Assembly: GCF_006345805.1 (NCBI RefSeq)
Contig: NC_043008.1
Span: 9,734,001-9,798,000, forward strand
Reading direction: 5' to 3'
Source of the DNA: Octopus sinensis
Lineage: Eukaryota
Length of the DNA stretch: 64,000 nt
Positions 47,551 through 59,689 of this stretch are shown here, piece by piece (within the stretch, counting starts at the first letter, position 1; every line of letters starts with the position of its first letter). The translations under genes were made by a program, and so were the position numbers. Under the pieces are notes generated by a model that did no database searches, had not been told where the DNA came from, and saw only the letters and a program-made list of their open reading frames with translations.

Positions 47551-47642
47551 CCTTATGTTAAGTTTCTGATGATCCCGCTAAAAGTGAAAGTATAGTTTCT
47601 TTGCTAAGCAATGGTTGCAGCCGATCATGCGAGCAAACTAAG
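47551..47642 (+). CDS. Candidate exon with ATG at 47611 (MVAADHASKL)
   Basis: tttacgttacag|CC...CTAAG|gtaact; upstream part has stops in all frames, so UTR if real. Confidence 0.2.
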
Positions 47643-47689
47643 GTAACTGCGTTTCTGTTAGATTCCCATCCACGCTTTTCTGATGCACA

Positions 47690-48180
47690 ATGGCTATGTG
47701 GTAAGAAGCCGGATTCCCAACCACATGGTTCCTGGTTCAGTCCCACTGCGTGGCACCTTGCGCAAGTGTCTTGCCTCGGGCCGACCAAAACCTTGTGAGT
47801 GGATTTGGTAGAGGGAAACTGAAAGAAGCCCGTCGTGTACGTATTCTACTCATTGTATAACATTACTATTTCATGTATACTGCTTTACCCTGCACTATTA
47901 TGTTTAACCTTATAGTTTCTTATGTGGTGGTTTAATAAAGTATGTGATTGAGTATTATCTGGTAATTGATATTCGATTTCGATGTATTTTTCCATTTTCT
48001 TATTTTGTATATGTATATATATATTTATATATATATATATATCGCTTGACAACCGATGTTGGTGTGCTTATGTCCCTGAAACGTAGCGGTTCGACAAAAG
48101 AGATCGATGGAATAAGTACTAGGCTTACAAAGAATAAGTCATGGGGTCGATTTGTTCGACTAAAGGCGATGCTCTAGAAT
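47690..48180 (+). mobile_element. Family B SINE split by about 200 bp in its microsatellite linker
   Basis: Head 47690-47840; tail GCTTGACAACCGATGTTGG..GACTAAAGGCG 48040-48180. Confidence 0.8.
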
Positions 48181-48184
48181 GTCA

Positions 48185-48480
48185 CATTTTTCATGTCAGT
48201 TTTTAATCCCACTTTTATCCCTGTCTTCCCCAGATCATTTGTTCCCCGCTAGTTCTAAGTATCTCGGGGAAATAACATTTATATGTAATCAATTCTCCTC
48301 ATTATGAGTTTTTCCAATCCCGTAGTGACCTATACCTGATATCATTACATTTCATAATATCAGGTTCTTTTCGTACTGTATATCTTAACTTTCCATCACA
48401 TTTTTCATGTCAGTTTTTAATCCGGCTTTTATCCCTGTCTTAGCCGGATCTTTTGAGTTTCTCGCTAGTTTTAACTATCC
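48185..48480 (+). repeat. About 85-bp direct repeat, spacing about 213 bp
   Basis: CACATTTTT(T)CATGTCAGTTTTTAATCC..CTTTTATCCCTGTCTT at about 48184 and 48398. Confidence 0.85.
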
Positions 48481-48739
48481 AAAGGAAATAAGCCAAATAA
48501 TATTTTCCAATACTTCACATTATAGATTTTTCCACGAAATGTCGGAAACTTTACAAAATAGCAAAACGTGTATGGAAAGATATTCTAGAAAGTGGTTGGG
48601 TTTGAGGTCTGGTGATCACTTGACATAAACTGAACACGTAACTTGAACTTACGGTGAATTATCACTAACGCATTACATCGTATACTCATACATACGTGAG
48701 TGTGTGTGTCTGTGTGTGTGTGTGTACATTCATATATAT

Positions 48740-49015
48740 GTATATATATATATGGATATCCCCCTGATGAAGGGATATCCTTAATATCCCAGAAACAGCT
48801 GTAAGGCTATATCTACATCTTTTTCCTTATAAATGTCCTGAAAGCTACTCACAGTATATATATATATATATATATATATACTAATACAAGACCCGCATTT
48901 GACTACTCACTCGGATCACTATCGAACCAAGCGTCTAACTACGGTCTGTCTATAGCACTTAGCGTTACTTGCCACACTTTGGGTCTTCTAGATACCAATA
49001 CCTCTCATATATATA
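48740..49015 (+). mobile_element. Penelope-like repeat (same family as 20040-20370)
   Basis: Shared AACTA.GGTCTGTC.ATAGCACTTA..CTTTGGGTCTTCT.GA.ACCA.TACCTCTCATA and hammerhead. Confidence 0.65.
48761..48808 (+). ncRNA. Minimal type I hammerhead variant
   Basis: CCC-CTGATGA-A-GGGATAT(cctta)ATATCCC-A-GAAA-CAGCTG-TA-AGGCT; intact core, GUA site. Confidence 0.6.
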
Positions 49016-49044
49016 TATATATGTGTGTGTGGTGTGTGTGTGTG

Positions 49045-49082
<38 letters not shown>

Positions 49083-49169
49083 ATGTATGCATGCATGTAT
49101 ATATGTACATAAATAATATATTGCTTATGTTGTTTGTTCCTTATCGAGCCACGCCAGGGTCATAGGGCT

Positions 49170-49325
49170 GGTCGCTACATAATGAGTTCAAATTTCACCG
49201 AGGTCGGCGTAGCCTTTCATCTTTTCAGGGTCGATAGATTAAGTACCAGTGAAATGCTGGGGTCGATATAACCAACTACTTCCCTCCCACTAAATTTCCG
49301 GCCTTGTACCTATAGTAGAAAGGAC
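49170..49325 (+). mobile_element. Family A SINE (alternative tail) at the duplication breakpoint
   Basis: GAGTTCAAATTTCACCGAGGTCGG..GGCCTTGTACCTATAGTAGAAAGG. Confidence 0.8.
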
Positions 49326-50007
49326 TATCACATTTCTATAAAGACTCCGCTCACCGAGGAGGAAGTGTACTGACTGTCGCTTGGGTGCTGGATCTTTTGT
49401 ATTGTTTACTGTATTTTGCTATATTCTGTTTGTTCAGCAGTTTTATGGCGGTAAACAGAATCACTTATGTTCTTACTCTTGACTGAACATCTGTAATGGA
49501 ATCGCACTTTACTGCCATGCAAAATCAAACATCAAAACAAAAGGAAAAGCGAGTAAACATTAACTAATAGCGTAGTTGATACTCTTACACGGGAATAAAA
49601 TCCATATTGTAGCATATGCACATTTCCAAGTTAACAAAACAATGAGAGGAAGCGAAACATCAAAACGTGTTTACACAGACTGATTGGGGACGGCTATGGA
49701 ACGCCTTTTAAATCCCAATTAGTATATGAAATATTGATTAGTATGGAGTAATCATGGCAAACATTTTTCTAGCTTTATATACATATATAAATATACAAGG
49801 GATATTCCTCTCATCTCAGTTAATAAATGTATTGCGTGCGTGTGTGTATGTGTGCATATGTGTATGTGTGTGTGTGTGGTGTGTGCAGATTTTTTGGTAG
49901 CTCAGCTTGGCATAATCACATGCTTGCTTCTTTCCCGATATTAACATTTATACCACGCTATCGTACAGACTATCGAATGTTGGTTTAAATCGCTGGTCAC
50001 AATGCGC
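49325..50007 (-). repeat. Inverted paralog of 23985-24645
   Basis: See 23985-24645; this copy retains 14 bp (AAACAGAATATAGC) absent at about 24550. Confidence 0.95.
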
Positions 50008-50164
50008 CTTAGGACTACCTCGAGTTCTTTACAGATCAAAAAACCTTTTGTTAGTTTGGTGTATTTGTATTAGGAGAGAGCTTAAGAAGTATTTTGCCCG
50101 AATTGATAATCCCTTTGCTCACAAATCTTCATTCCATTTTGATATATAAATATATATATATATA

Positions 50165-50385
50165 GTTACTCCAAACATGAACAAAGACAAAACACAGCAA
50201 CGCGAGGACGTGGAACAAGTATAGTGTTATTGGACGCTCAGGAAAGGAAAGAAAGAAGGAGGATTTAACGTTTCGAGCGGAGCTCTTCGTCGGAAACATA
50301 GAAAAAGGAATGGTCCAAGGAAGGGAAGACGGAGAAAGAAAATCGCCAACGATACACACGCAGTCCCACATACACACACACATAT
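50165..50385. mobile_element. Penelope-like repeat with hammerhead at 50264-50296 (minus strand)
   Basis: Minus strand TTT-CCGACGA-A-GAGC(tcc)GCTC-GAAA-CGTT-AAA; family also at 60075-60260 and 60850-60935. Confidence 0.65.
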
Positions 50386-50406
50386 ATATGCCGGCTATCT
50401 CTTCTA

Positions 50407-50463
<57 letters not shown>

Positions 50464-50464
<1 letters not shown>

Positions 50465-51764
50465 TAGCAGAGGTAGCCAATGTTGCTCGGAATTAAAATG
50501 GCATAGTTTGTATATACATTAGAGTTATGTCGAAACAGGTGATACGGGAAAGTGCAGCATTGACGAAAAAACATTTGTGGAGTAAATAATGGGATAATTC
50601 GACTAAGCGACATAACATGCATCCGTTTGGAGTATTCCAAGCCCTAACCTATCATGGGAAATTGGTGGGCGGTGAGCTACGTGATTTTTGTACAAACCGA
50701 AAAGCTCTCAGTGCTGCGGTCGGCACTGCGTGTAACACGACCCATCGTCTGAAGTTTTGACACCTCCTTCGGGTTTGTTGTTCTACATCACTCATAATGT
50801 AAATTTAGAGGAACTGTAGTTGTTCATTTGTGGGTAACAGGGAAGCAGTGAGGTGATAGACTTTCCCATTGAACTTTGAACGCTGGCGTAAATCCATGCC
50901 CAAACAATGTCATTTGAAATGGAGAATTGAACTGTCTGATATTGTTCAGAAAATCTTTTGACTGGATGGAAGTTCTTTCCAGAAGATCCATAAAAAGTTG
51001 GGGAGGAGTTGATAGTTTTGGCAATCTTAACTCATCGCCTGAGCAGAGCATGTCATTAGTTTCATTTGGAAATTTTAAAGATTTGCAGAAACGACAATTC
51101 GAGTTTAGCACACCAATTTGGACAAAATTATCAATTTTATACCAGGAGTTGTGAAGAACGAATTTGTTCGTAGTTTGTTTCTGAGAGCTGTGCTATTGGA
51201 CCTCTGTCTAATCATTAAAAGGTTGTTTTAATGATCGGCATTAAGTGTTGCAGCATGCATTTGCTGATCTTAAGATCAGATTTTATTTTATATTCGGCAG
51301 CATGCCTTTGCTGATTTTGGGAAAGTCTCATCTCCTTTCTCTCTTGAGACTCCATTTGACATGATGCAGCATGCATTTGCTGATCATGAGAAAGTGACAT
51401 CTCACTTTTCTCTTGAGACTCTATCTGACGTGCTGAAGTACGCCTTTGCTCATCTTGAAAAAGCCTCATCTCGCTTCTATTTTAAGACTCCATTTGATGT
51501 GCTGCAGCACATCAAATGAAATAATATGATCTTAGTGTTATCACATGAGAATTAATAATTTTAATAGAAATAAAATGATCTTAGTCTTATCACATGAGAA
51601 TTAAAAGCGAAAGAATAAAAGTGAAACAATATTATATCACATTACAATATAGATCTTATTTTTTCACTTTTGAAACGTAATAACGAACCAGCTCCAATGT
51701 TATATTGTTTGAATCCAAATGAAAAAAATTTACATGTTGACACAAATAATCTTATATATATAGA
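50464..51764 (-). mobile_element. Internally deleted Helitron retaining the RepHel N-terminus
   Basis: 5' TCTATATATATAAG at 51764, 3' CTAG at 50464 with decayed hairpin; CRFCKSLKFPNETNDMLCSGDELRLPKL..FLNNIRQFNSPFQMTLFG..FTPAFKVQ is a typical RepHel N-terminal block. Confidence 0.88.
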
Positions 51765-51824
51765 CAAGGAAATCAATTTGTAGACAGAACTTGCAAGCCC
51801 CATTTGAACATATAGTATAGTAGG

Positions 51825-52365
51825 GTCAGTTGGGCACCGTCTGTGAGAAAAACAGCAGCATGATGCAATTCATTCTGCCAGAAATTTGGAAGCAACATGT
51901 TGTACTGCTTGGCATTCGCGCCGGAAGCTCCAATATGAACATTTCAGAGTGTTTGGGTGTCAATCTGAGGACAGGGCAGATTGTGTCTCGAGTAATCATC
52001 ATGGTATTTGGAGTGATCACTAATGATGGCGATGTTATGCCTCCATTCATCCTCCCATGCAATGTCAGACTCAACACGGAAGCCTACATCAAGTGCCTGG
52101 AGGAAGTAGTGCTGCCCTGGGTCAAAAGAGTGTCTGCTGGAAGAACCTATGTCGGACAATATGACTCTGCACTATGCCACGCAAGTAGGGGAGCCCAGTC
52201 ATGGTTGTCAGACAATTTCTGCGACCACATCACCCCTAACATCTGGCCACCTAACTCCCCACATTGCAACCCCCTTGATTATTATGAGTGGGGTGTAGTT
52301 GAGTAAAAGACCAACTAAACTCCTTGTAATACCACAGATGAACTGAAAGCAAGGACAATAGCCAC
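51825..52365 (+). mobile_element. maT (DD37D) Tc1/mariner transposase remnant with large internal deletion
   Basis: QYD-SALCHASRGAQSWLSDNFCDHITPNIWPPNSPHCNPL-DYY gives 37 residues between the Asps; N-terminal HTH is joined directly to IMVFGVIT. Confidence 0.88.
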
Positions 52366-52727
52366 CTGGAAAAGATGTTTTTCTGGGGCTTAAACAATAA
52401 TAACATCGTCCTTTATCAGACCGACACTTTCTGTTGGCAAACAAAATTTTATTATTTGGCACTGTTACTGTATGTGTCACACTGATAGATTTAAAATAAG
52501 TTGTACATAATACATATATATATATATATATATAGATATATATATATATATAAAATATTATTAGAGACAAAACCACTATTTTGCAAAACAAACAAGGAAA
52601 GACTTAATCAATACATAAAATTTTAATAAATAGTCAAAAAAACCGCCACTACAATTGTTTCTTGTCTTGTATGTATGTATGTATGTATACACCTTCATAG
52701 ATACACACGCACACACACATACATACA

Positions 52728-52758
<31 letters not shown>

Positions 52759-53149
52759 TCATACACACGCACAAACACTCGATTTACCTTCTCAATGAAG
52801 ATTTCTTGCGAGCATTCCTAACTAAGGGAAGATGTTATTGAATTTTGCATAAGTTGTCACTACTAAGGCTTCATGGAATACTTGCATATATGAGACCTTA
52901 CCATTGGAACAAGATAATGTTATTAACAGAAAACCCTGAAATTTTCTCAATTTAATAAGTTTGTATGAAATATTTGTCACAAGGCCGCAAAATAAGCGAC
53001 GATTTTTATGGAATATATTTAGTCATCACAACCAAAATTCTCAACAGAAATTCTTTCCCACTTCGACTGAAACTAAAGTGATCAAACCCAACTTCACATG
53101 TACTTTTTGGTTCAATAAATTCTTATACTTTATTAGTTCATCATCCATC

Positions 53150-53525
53150 CATTTCTATCCCTTTTCGGTTCCTACTATTAATGGGAGAGTCGTGGAGATC
53201 GAGTCCTCAGGCACCTCTTCTATAAGGCTCTATCAGAAGCAGTTGTCATTACACTTTCTTGCAGGATCCTTAAGGATGACCAGCTAAGACTATGGACATT
53301 ATCAAACCATCTTTTTCTTAGTCTACCCCTAGGTCTCCTAATGGTTGTCTCGGCTTGAAGAATCCGTGTTGCGATTCTTTCCTGCAACATTCTAGCTGCG
53401 ATTAGTACCGGAGCTGTGAACTCTGAATGCGGAAAATATCAGCTCGACCTTCAAAGACTCCTTGATCTTCGAGCTACACATCCTGTTGAACAATATTACT
53501 CCAGAGATCAAGACACTGAGATGGC
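53150..53525 (-). mobile_element. RTE-clade LINE 3' fragment
   Basis: ISGVILFNRMCSSKIKESLKVE..SQLRY..RMLQERIATRILQAETTIRRPRGRLRKRWFDNVHSLSWS..ASDRAL. Confidence 0.8.
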
Positions 53526-53529
53526 ATAA

Positions 53530-53730
53530 TTGTTACCGCGCCAGGAAAAATGCTTTGCGGTATTTCTTCCAACGTTATGTTCTGAGTTCAAATGTCACCG
53601 GGGTCGACTTTGCCTTTCAACCTTTCGAGGTTGATAAAATAAGCACCAGATGAACACTAGAGTTGACATAATCGACTTATCCCCTGCCACAAAATTGCTG
53701 GCCTAGTGCCAAAATTGAAACCAATATTGC
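53530..53730 (+). mobile_element. Degenerate family A SINE
   Basis: CGCCAGGAAAAATGCTTTGCGGTATTTC..GTCGACTTTGCCTTTCAACC. Confidence 0.75.
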
Positions 53731-53914
53731 TCCAGTGGTCTTTCACGATCTTACAGTCTCGGTCATTACTTAACATTCGAGTTTGTTATCTTTTTGAAAA
53801 AGAAACGAAAAATTAACTTCGGTATTTTGTCCGAACTCTTGAAATCCGAGCTGGAGCTAATCTCTCAGAAAATACTGAAGATTCCAATCACCTCGTATTC
53901 ATAATAATTTAACA

Positions 53915-54690
53915 GAGAGGCACGAAACTGAGGATTAACATATCGGTTGATAACCGATGAAGAATTAAGGTCCTTATATGTCTATCCTACGTGTACGTTT
54001 CTTTAGTATTTAATGCATTTTTCATTAAATGAGTAACTGAACGCCACGCACCCCAACTTTTGTTCACAGTAAGTTTTATATATTTTTGCGACTCTATCCT
54101 ATATCTATCTTTCTCTCTCGTCCTCACACTTCTTTTTCTAGCATCCCAACTTCCTCTCTTCCCCTCTCTCGTCCTCTCACTTGTAATTGTAGACTTTCTC
54201 CCTTTCTTCCCTGTTCTTTCTGCTTCTCTCTCTCACTCACTCTCATCCTTCTTCCTCTCTATCTACTTCCCACACATGACCCACAACTAATTTTCCCACC
54301 TCTCTACCTTTCGGCACCAGACGATTAGCTTGCCTGTCAATATCTGTCTCTTCTCTTACGATTTCTCTTTCGATATCCATTCAGGATTCCTTCCAGGCGT
54401 TACCCATCATTCCTGTTTGTTTGGCCGAAAGGCCGTATTTATTCTGCTTTCGTCCATCGCTTTAAATTACAATCGTTTACTTTCGTACGTCCACTCTATA
54501 TCGTTTTGCTTGCTCGAACCCTAATTCTCCGCAAATTTTGCGTGTGCTGCCGATATGCGAAGTTCCCAGTCTTATCATTAAAGGCACGAAACTGAGGATT
54601 CACATTTCGGTTGATAACTGAAGAAGAATTACGTTCCTTCTGTGTCTGTCCTATGTGTACATCTTTTAATATTTAATGCATTTTCAATTA
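53915..54690 (+). repeat. About 110-bp direct repeats (53915-54030, 54580-54690) around a pyrimidine-rich interior
   Basis: GGCACGAAACTGAGGATT.ACAT.TCGGTTGATAAC.GA.GAAGAATTA..TCCTT repeated. Confidence 0.75.
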
Positions 54691-54742
54691 TATATTTCTA
54701 TATATATATTTATGTATGCATGTATGTATGTATGTATGTATG

Positions 54743-54776
<34 letters not shown>

Positions 54777-54849
54777 TGTATGTTTTTATGTATTTATGTA
54801 TGTGTCTGTATTTGTGTGTGTGTCTGTTTGTGTGTGTTTGTGTGTGCAA

Positions 54850-55000
54850 ACAACAGGCTTCTTTCAGTTTCCGTCAAGAAATCCATTCACAACGTTTAGG
54901 TCGACCAGAGGTTATATTAGAAGACACTTGCCCACGATGCCACGCAGTGGGACTGAACCCGGAATAATGTGGTTGGAGAGTAATTTCTTATAGACACGGG
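54850..55000 (-). mobile_element. Family B SINE head
   Basis: GGCTTCTTTCAGTTTCCGTC..CCACGCAGTGGGACTGAACCCGG. Confidence 0.8.
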
Positions 55001-55015
55001 CAGCCTAGTAACTAT

Positions 55016-55065
<50 letters not shown>

Positions 55066-55364
55066 TATATATATATATGTATATATGTATATATATATAT
55101 ATAATATATATATATATATATTATATATATATATAAATTATAACTTAGGATATCTACGAGATACCGCCACGCTGAAAATAGCAGCCATGATCTGACTCTA
55201 AGACCACATTAAGTGTTTATATAGCACAAGGAGAGAAGAAAAAAAAAATAAATAAATAAAACTAGTAAAAAATTACTGGATATTCCAAATCCCGGATTTC
55301 TGGCTTTGCATTTAGAAAAGTTTTGCTTCATCAGTGGAATATACGCAGAGAGAAACATAATACA

Positions 55365-55412
<48 letters not shown>

Positions 55413-55710
55413 GTATGTATATATATATATCGATTACGGCGTAGAAGAAGACATACGTTAGTCATTCAGAAACACACAAAGACTGTCAACTTCAGCTAAG
55501 CAATTATTTGTGATATGGTGTCAAAATGTTTGTCGCTCGAAACTACGACCTGTTCACAGTTAAAATTTTTGACAGTCTTTCTTCCTTTTTGAAAGGTTAA
55601 GATATGTCTTCCATGCTACAACGCTGTGCAATCGATTTAGTTTCAGCGCGCGATCTCACATTAAGACACTTGCTAGCACATCTACGAAATGTATGAGTGT
55701 GTTTATATAC

Positions 55711-55744
<34 letters not shown>

Positions 55745-56190
55745 ATGAGAATCTATGACTGTAAAGTAGTGCATGTGTACCCTTTATAAATCACCGGAAG
55801 ATATAAATGTCAGCTTCCAGCAACACCAAGATAGAGAAAAAGAAAGCGCTGCTCTGAGAATTGTCACAATGTAAACTTCAACAAATATGATATTAACAAT
55901 TGCAGTTGCAATGCCATATTTTAACGTAACATTACAAATATTGTCATGAAAATAACTCGTTTCTTTCGGCTAGAAACTAAATGGCTTCTCTTTCTGTTCA
56001 TAGCATTCGTTTTCAAAATAAAAAATGACCAAAAGTAAACATCGAAATATTTACGCACATGTGGAGTGGTGTGCTAGCATATTCGTGTGTGCTGTCGTGT
56101 ATACGTATACACGTATATATATTTGAATATCTACACACCACACACACATATACATCGCCCGAGCTGCTTGTAAATCATATCTGAATATAG

Positions 56191-56235
<45 letters not shown>

Positions 56236-56340
56236 TATATATACATATATATATATTTATATATTTATATATATATTTATATATTTATACATATATTTAT
56301 ATATTTATATATACATATATAATATTTATATATATATATT

Positions 56341-56372
<32 letters not shown>

Positions 56373-56412
56373 ATATATATATATTCATATATATATATAC
56401 TTATATATATAG

Positions 56413-56689
56413 CAATAAGAAAATGGAGGGGATCAAGAGGTGGTATTCATCAACTTTTAGACATTATATTATGTCTAATTATTTATTTTAAAAACAATTA
56501 TAACAATATACATACATGTATAACATATTATGCTTTACATACATAAAGAATACCAGTAGTTATTAAAATATATAACATAGAACATAGAAAGTATATTGTT
56601 ATAATTGTTTTTTAAATAAATAAATATACATAATATAATGTCTAAAAGTTGATGAATATCACCTCTTAATCCCCTCCATTTTCTTATTG
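56413..56689. mobile_element. Second foldback MITE family, about 95-bp TIRs
   Basis: CAATAAGAAAATGGAGGGGATCAAGAGGTGG...AACAATATAC / GTATATTGTT...CACCTCTTAATCCCCTCCATTTTCTTATTG. Confidence 0.88.
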
Positions 56690-56860
56690 GCGTATAAATT
56701 AAGGGCGAAACAAATTTTTACCCTCACCCATTTATTACATTCAGGAGTGTAATTGCCATGCAATGAAAAAACACTTGCGTATTAATAATTGGGTTTTCTA
56801 CCAGCAGTATATTGGATAGATATTATCCCTTAGTTGGTTGTATTCACAACCCCTCTCTTG

Positions 56861-56891
<31 letters not shown>

Positions 56892-57169
56892 TTAATAAAT
56901 ATAAGGGTAGCAAAACAATTCAAGGAAAATTCTCCGCCACCAGCGATCTAGTGAGAAAGAAAAGATAGTCAAAGACTATAAATGTTTTTATTTCTCTTTC
57001 AATTTCAGAATTACAACAATTTAGCGGTTTGAGTTTGGCTGCTCTTTCTAGTGAATCGAATGGCCTATTAAGGCCATTCCTTATATTGTTGAACATATAT
57101 ATATATATATATATAAACACAACCCTTATTCAGGGACCGTTTGAATGGGAAGGGCTACTCGACCAGAAG

Positions 57170-57361
57170 AAAATTCTAACTGGGCCCCACCTGCAATGTC
57201 ATGAGCTGTTTATCTTGATATGAGATCATCATGTCACGCAAATATGGTTGTGATGCATGTCCCTGGTGTACCATTATCAGGTGGGTAGTCATGATGAGTA
57301 AACTGGGCTTCGTATATTTTACCCCAGTGTCACTGTGATGGCATGCACTGCTCTCTCACTC

Positions 57362-57402
<41 letters not shown>

Positions 57403-57430
57403 TAATAATAATAATAATAATAATAATAAT
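57170..57430 (+). mobile_element. Non-LTR 3' end with (AAT)n tail
   Basis: ..GGCATGCACTGCTCTCTCACTCAATAATAAT; rc copy at 14020-14125. Confidence 0.7.
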
Positions 57431-58581
57431 TTTTAAACGATAATAAGATGATTAATGCAAATTCTATAAAAAAAACACCACTAAGAAAATAAATAATGAT
57501 GAAAGAGAAACTATTCAACAAAACAATTCTATAGATTCTATAACTAATAAACAAACACACATGGTAACTAGAAAGAATAGTTACTTTTATGAAAACAATA
57601 ATAATATGGATTAATCAGTTAAACTAGAAAGCAAACACAAACATTATTAAATCTACCAACAAAGACGTAGATAACTTTATACACGGAAAATATGATTGCG
57701 CTAGGAGCACGCAAGGTAAATTTTAAAAGAACTCTAAAGTAATAAATACTTTCTATAAATGTATAGTCATACCTGATAAAAATAAATATTACTATATAGG
57801 TCATATCTCTTGCTTTATAAAACAACGGGTAGCAAATTGTGAAAGTTCGTTTAGAAATAATACTAAATGGTCGCTGAAGGATGAAAATATTAGATAATCA
57901 TTAAAATGGCAAATCATTAGTACTGCAATTTATAAGATGCAGTTTATACCTGGAGGAATTATACCAAATATTTACTTCGGAATATATATTAGTAAGCACT
58001 AATTGCACATACAAACAACATTTTCTTTTTAAAAAATGTTAATAATAGAATGCATTAATTTATATAATATCCATCAACCTTCATGCGAAACCTAAGTAAA
58101 ATAACTATATTATTTAGACGCATATTAAGAATATAAGAATTAAATTCAATTCATAAGATTACATTATATGTGATTTAACCTAAAAATACTTTAAAAGTAA
58201 TAGGATGGGAGAATTGAAAATACGACTGACTATTTTTTTGTTTTAATAGCCACATGGTCCTTACTGATTAGCAATTATTCACTACTACTATTAATAGCCT
58301 TCACAAAATTTAAATAATACAATCAACTCTGAATTCCATCAATATGCCCTGCCACTATAAAGTATTTAGAATCATTCAAAAATAAGTCTTCTATAAATAA
58401 CCACTCCCTGCCTAACCAGGAACAGTTATTGACCCCAACAATCACTGCTGCAGATGCTACTGGATTTCACCCAAACAAATAGTTGATAAAAACATCTCAT
58501 TGACGAATGTTCAGAATTTACTACTGCTACCAAATCTAATTTAAACTTCAAACAATGTCCGATTTATTTGCCCTTAAGAGA

Positions 58582-58645
58582 TCGCTCTAACCATGCGTAA
58601 ATCAGTGCATATGAATGTGCAGTAATACGCGATTGGTGAGAGCGA
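58582..58645. ncRNA. Candidate 64-nt stem-loop (pre-miRNA-like)
   Basis: TCGCTCT/AGAGCGA, ACCA/TGGT, TGCGTA/TACGCG, TGCATA/TGTGCA, TGAA loop; extra GTCCGA/TCGGAC pair at 58557/58654. Confidence 0.3.
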
Positions 58646-58729
58646 GACACGTGTCGGACTTTTATTCTAACTGGAAATAGACATAAAGTTTGAATGTTAA
58701 AATTCTTCATTCTCATCGTTTTTATATGT

Positions 58730-59115
58730 AGTGGCTGTGTGGTAAGTAGCTTGCTAACCAACCACATGGTTCAGGGTTCAGTCCCACTGCGTGGCATCTT
58801 GGACAAGTGTCTTCTGCTATAACCCCGGGCCGACCAATGCCTTGTGAGTGGATTTGGTAGACGGAAACTGAAAGAAGCCTGTCGTATATATGTATATATA
58901 TATATATATGTATGTGTATGTTTGTGTGTTTGTGTTTGTCCCCCTAGCATTGCTTGACAACCGATGCTGGTGTGTTTATGTCCCCGTTACTTAGCGGTTC
59001 GGCAAAAGAGACCGATAGAATAAGTACTGGGCTTACAAAGAATAAGTCCCGGGGTCGATTTGCTCGACTAAAGGCGGTGCTCCAGCATGGGCCGCGGTCA
59101 AAATGACTGAAACAA

Positions 59116-59150
<35 letters not shown>
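58730..59150 (+). mobile_element. Complete family B SINE
   Basis: GTGGCTGTGTGGTAAGTAGCTTGC...GAAACAAGTAAAAGAG. Confidence 0.92.
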
Positions 59151-59153
<3 letters not shown>

Positions 59154-59689
59154 GTATATATACACGAGGGGTTGCTGAAAAGTTCCTGGCTTAGGGTAAA
59201 TGAAAAATACAGGAGAATCAGTTAATTGCGATTTTGTTCAACATATGCCCCTCTCAGAGTCACACATTTATTGCAGCGGTCCCTCAGTTTTTCTATGCTC
59301 TGTAAGAAAATTCGGAAGGTTCGGCTTCAACCCAGGCCTTTCGTGATACTCTTAAAGCAAGAGAATTATCATCACCCACCTCTTGGTGTGTGTGTGTGTA
59401 TGTGTGTGGGAGTATGTGTTTATGTGTCTTCGTGTCTTTCTTTATTCCCTACCACCGCTTAACAACCGGCGTCTTTACATCCGCGTTACCTAACGACACG
59501 GCAAAAGAGATTCCTAGGATAAGTACAAGGCTTTAAAAAACATAAGTACTGGGGCACATTCGTTCAACTAAAAATTTCCCAAGGTTGTGCCCTAGCATGG
59601 CCGCAGTCTAATGACTAAACAACAAATATGATAATATAATATATATATATATATAATATATATATATAATCAATCCAAACATGATGTGT

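Noticed and set aside
47566-47595. CTGATGA...GAAA as a hammerhead
   Set aside because: No proper helix II, helix III or helix I
57009-57223. Strong acceptor followed by ELQQFSGLSLAALSS..
   Set aside because: Reads into (TA)n and a retroelement tail; no donor or homology
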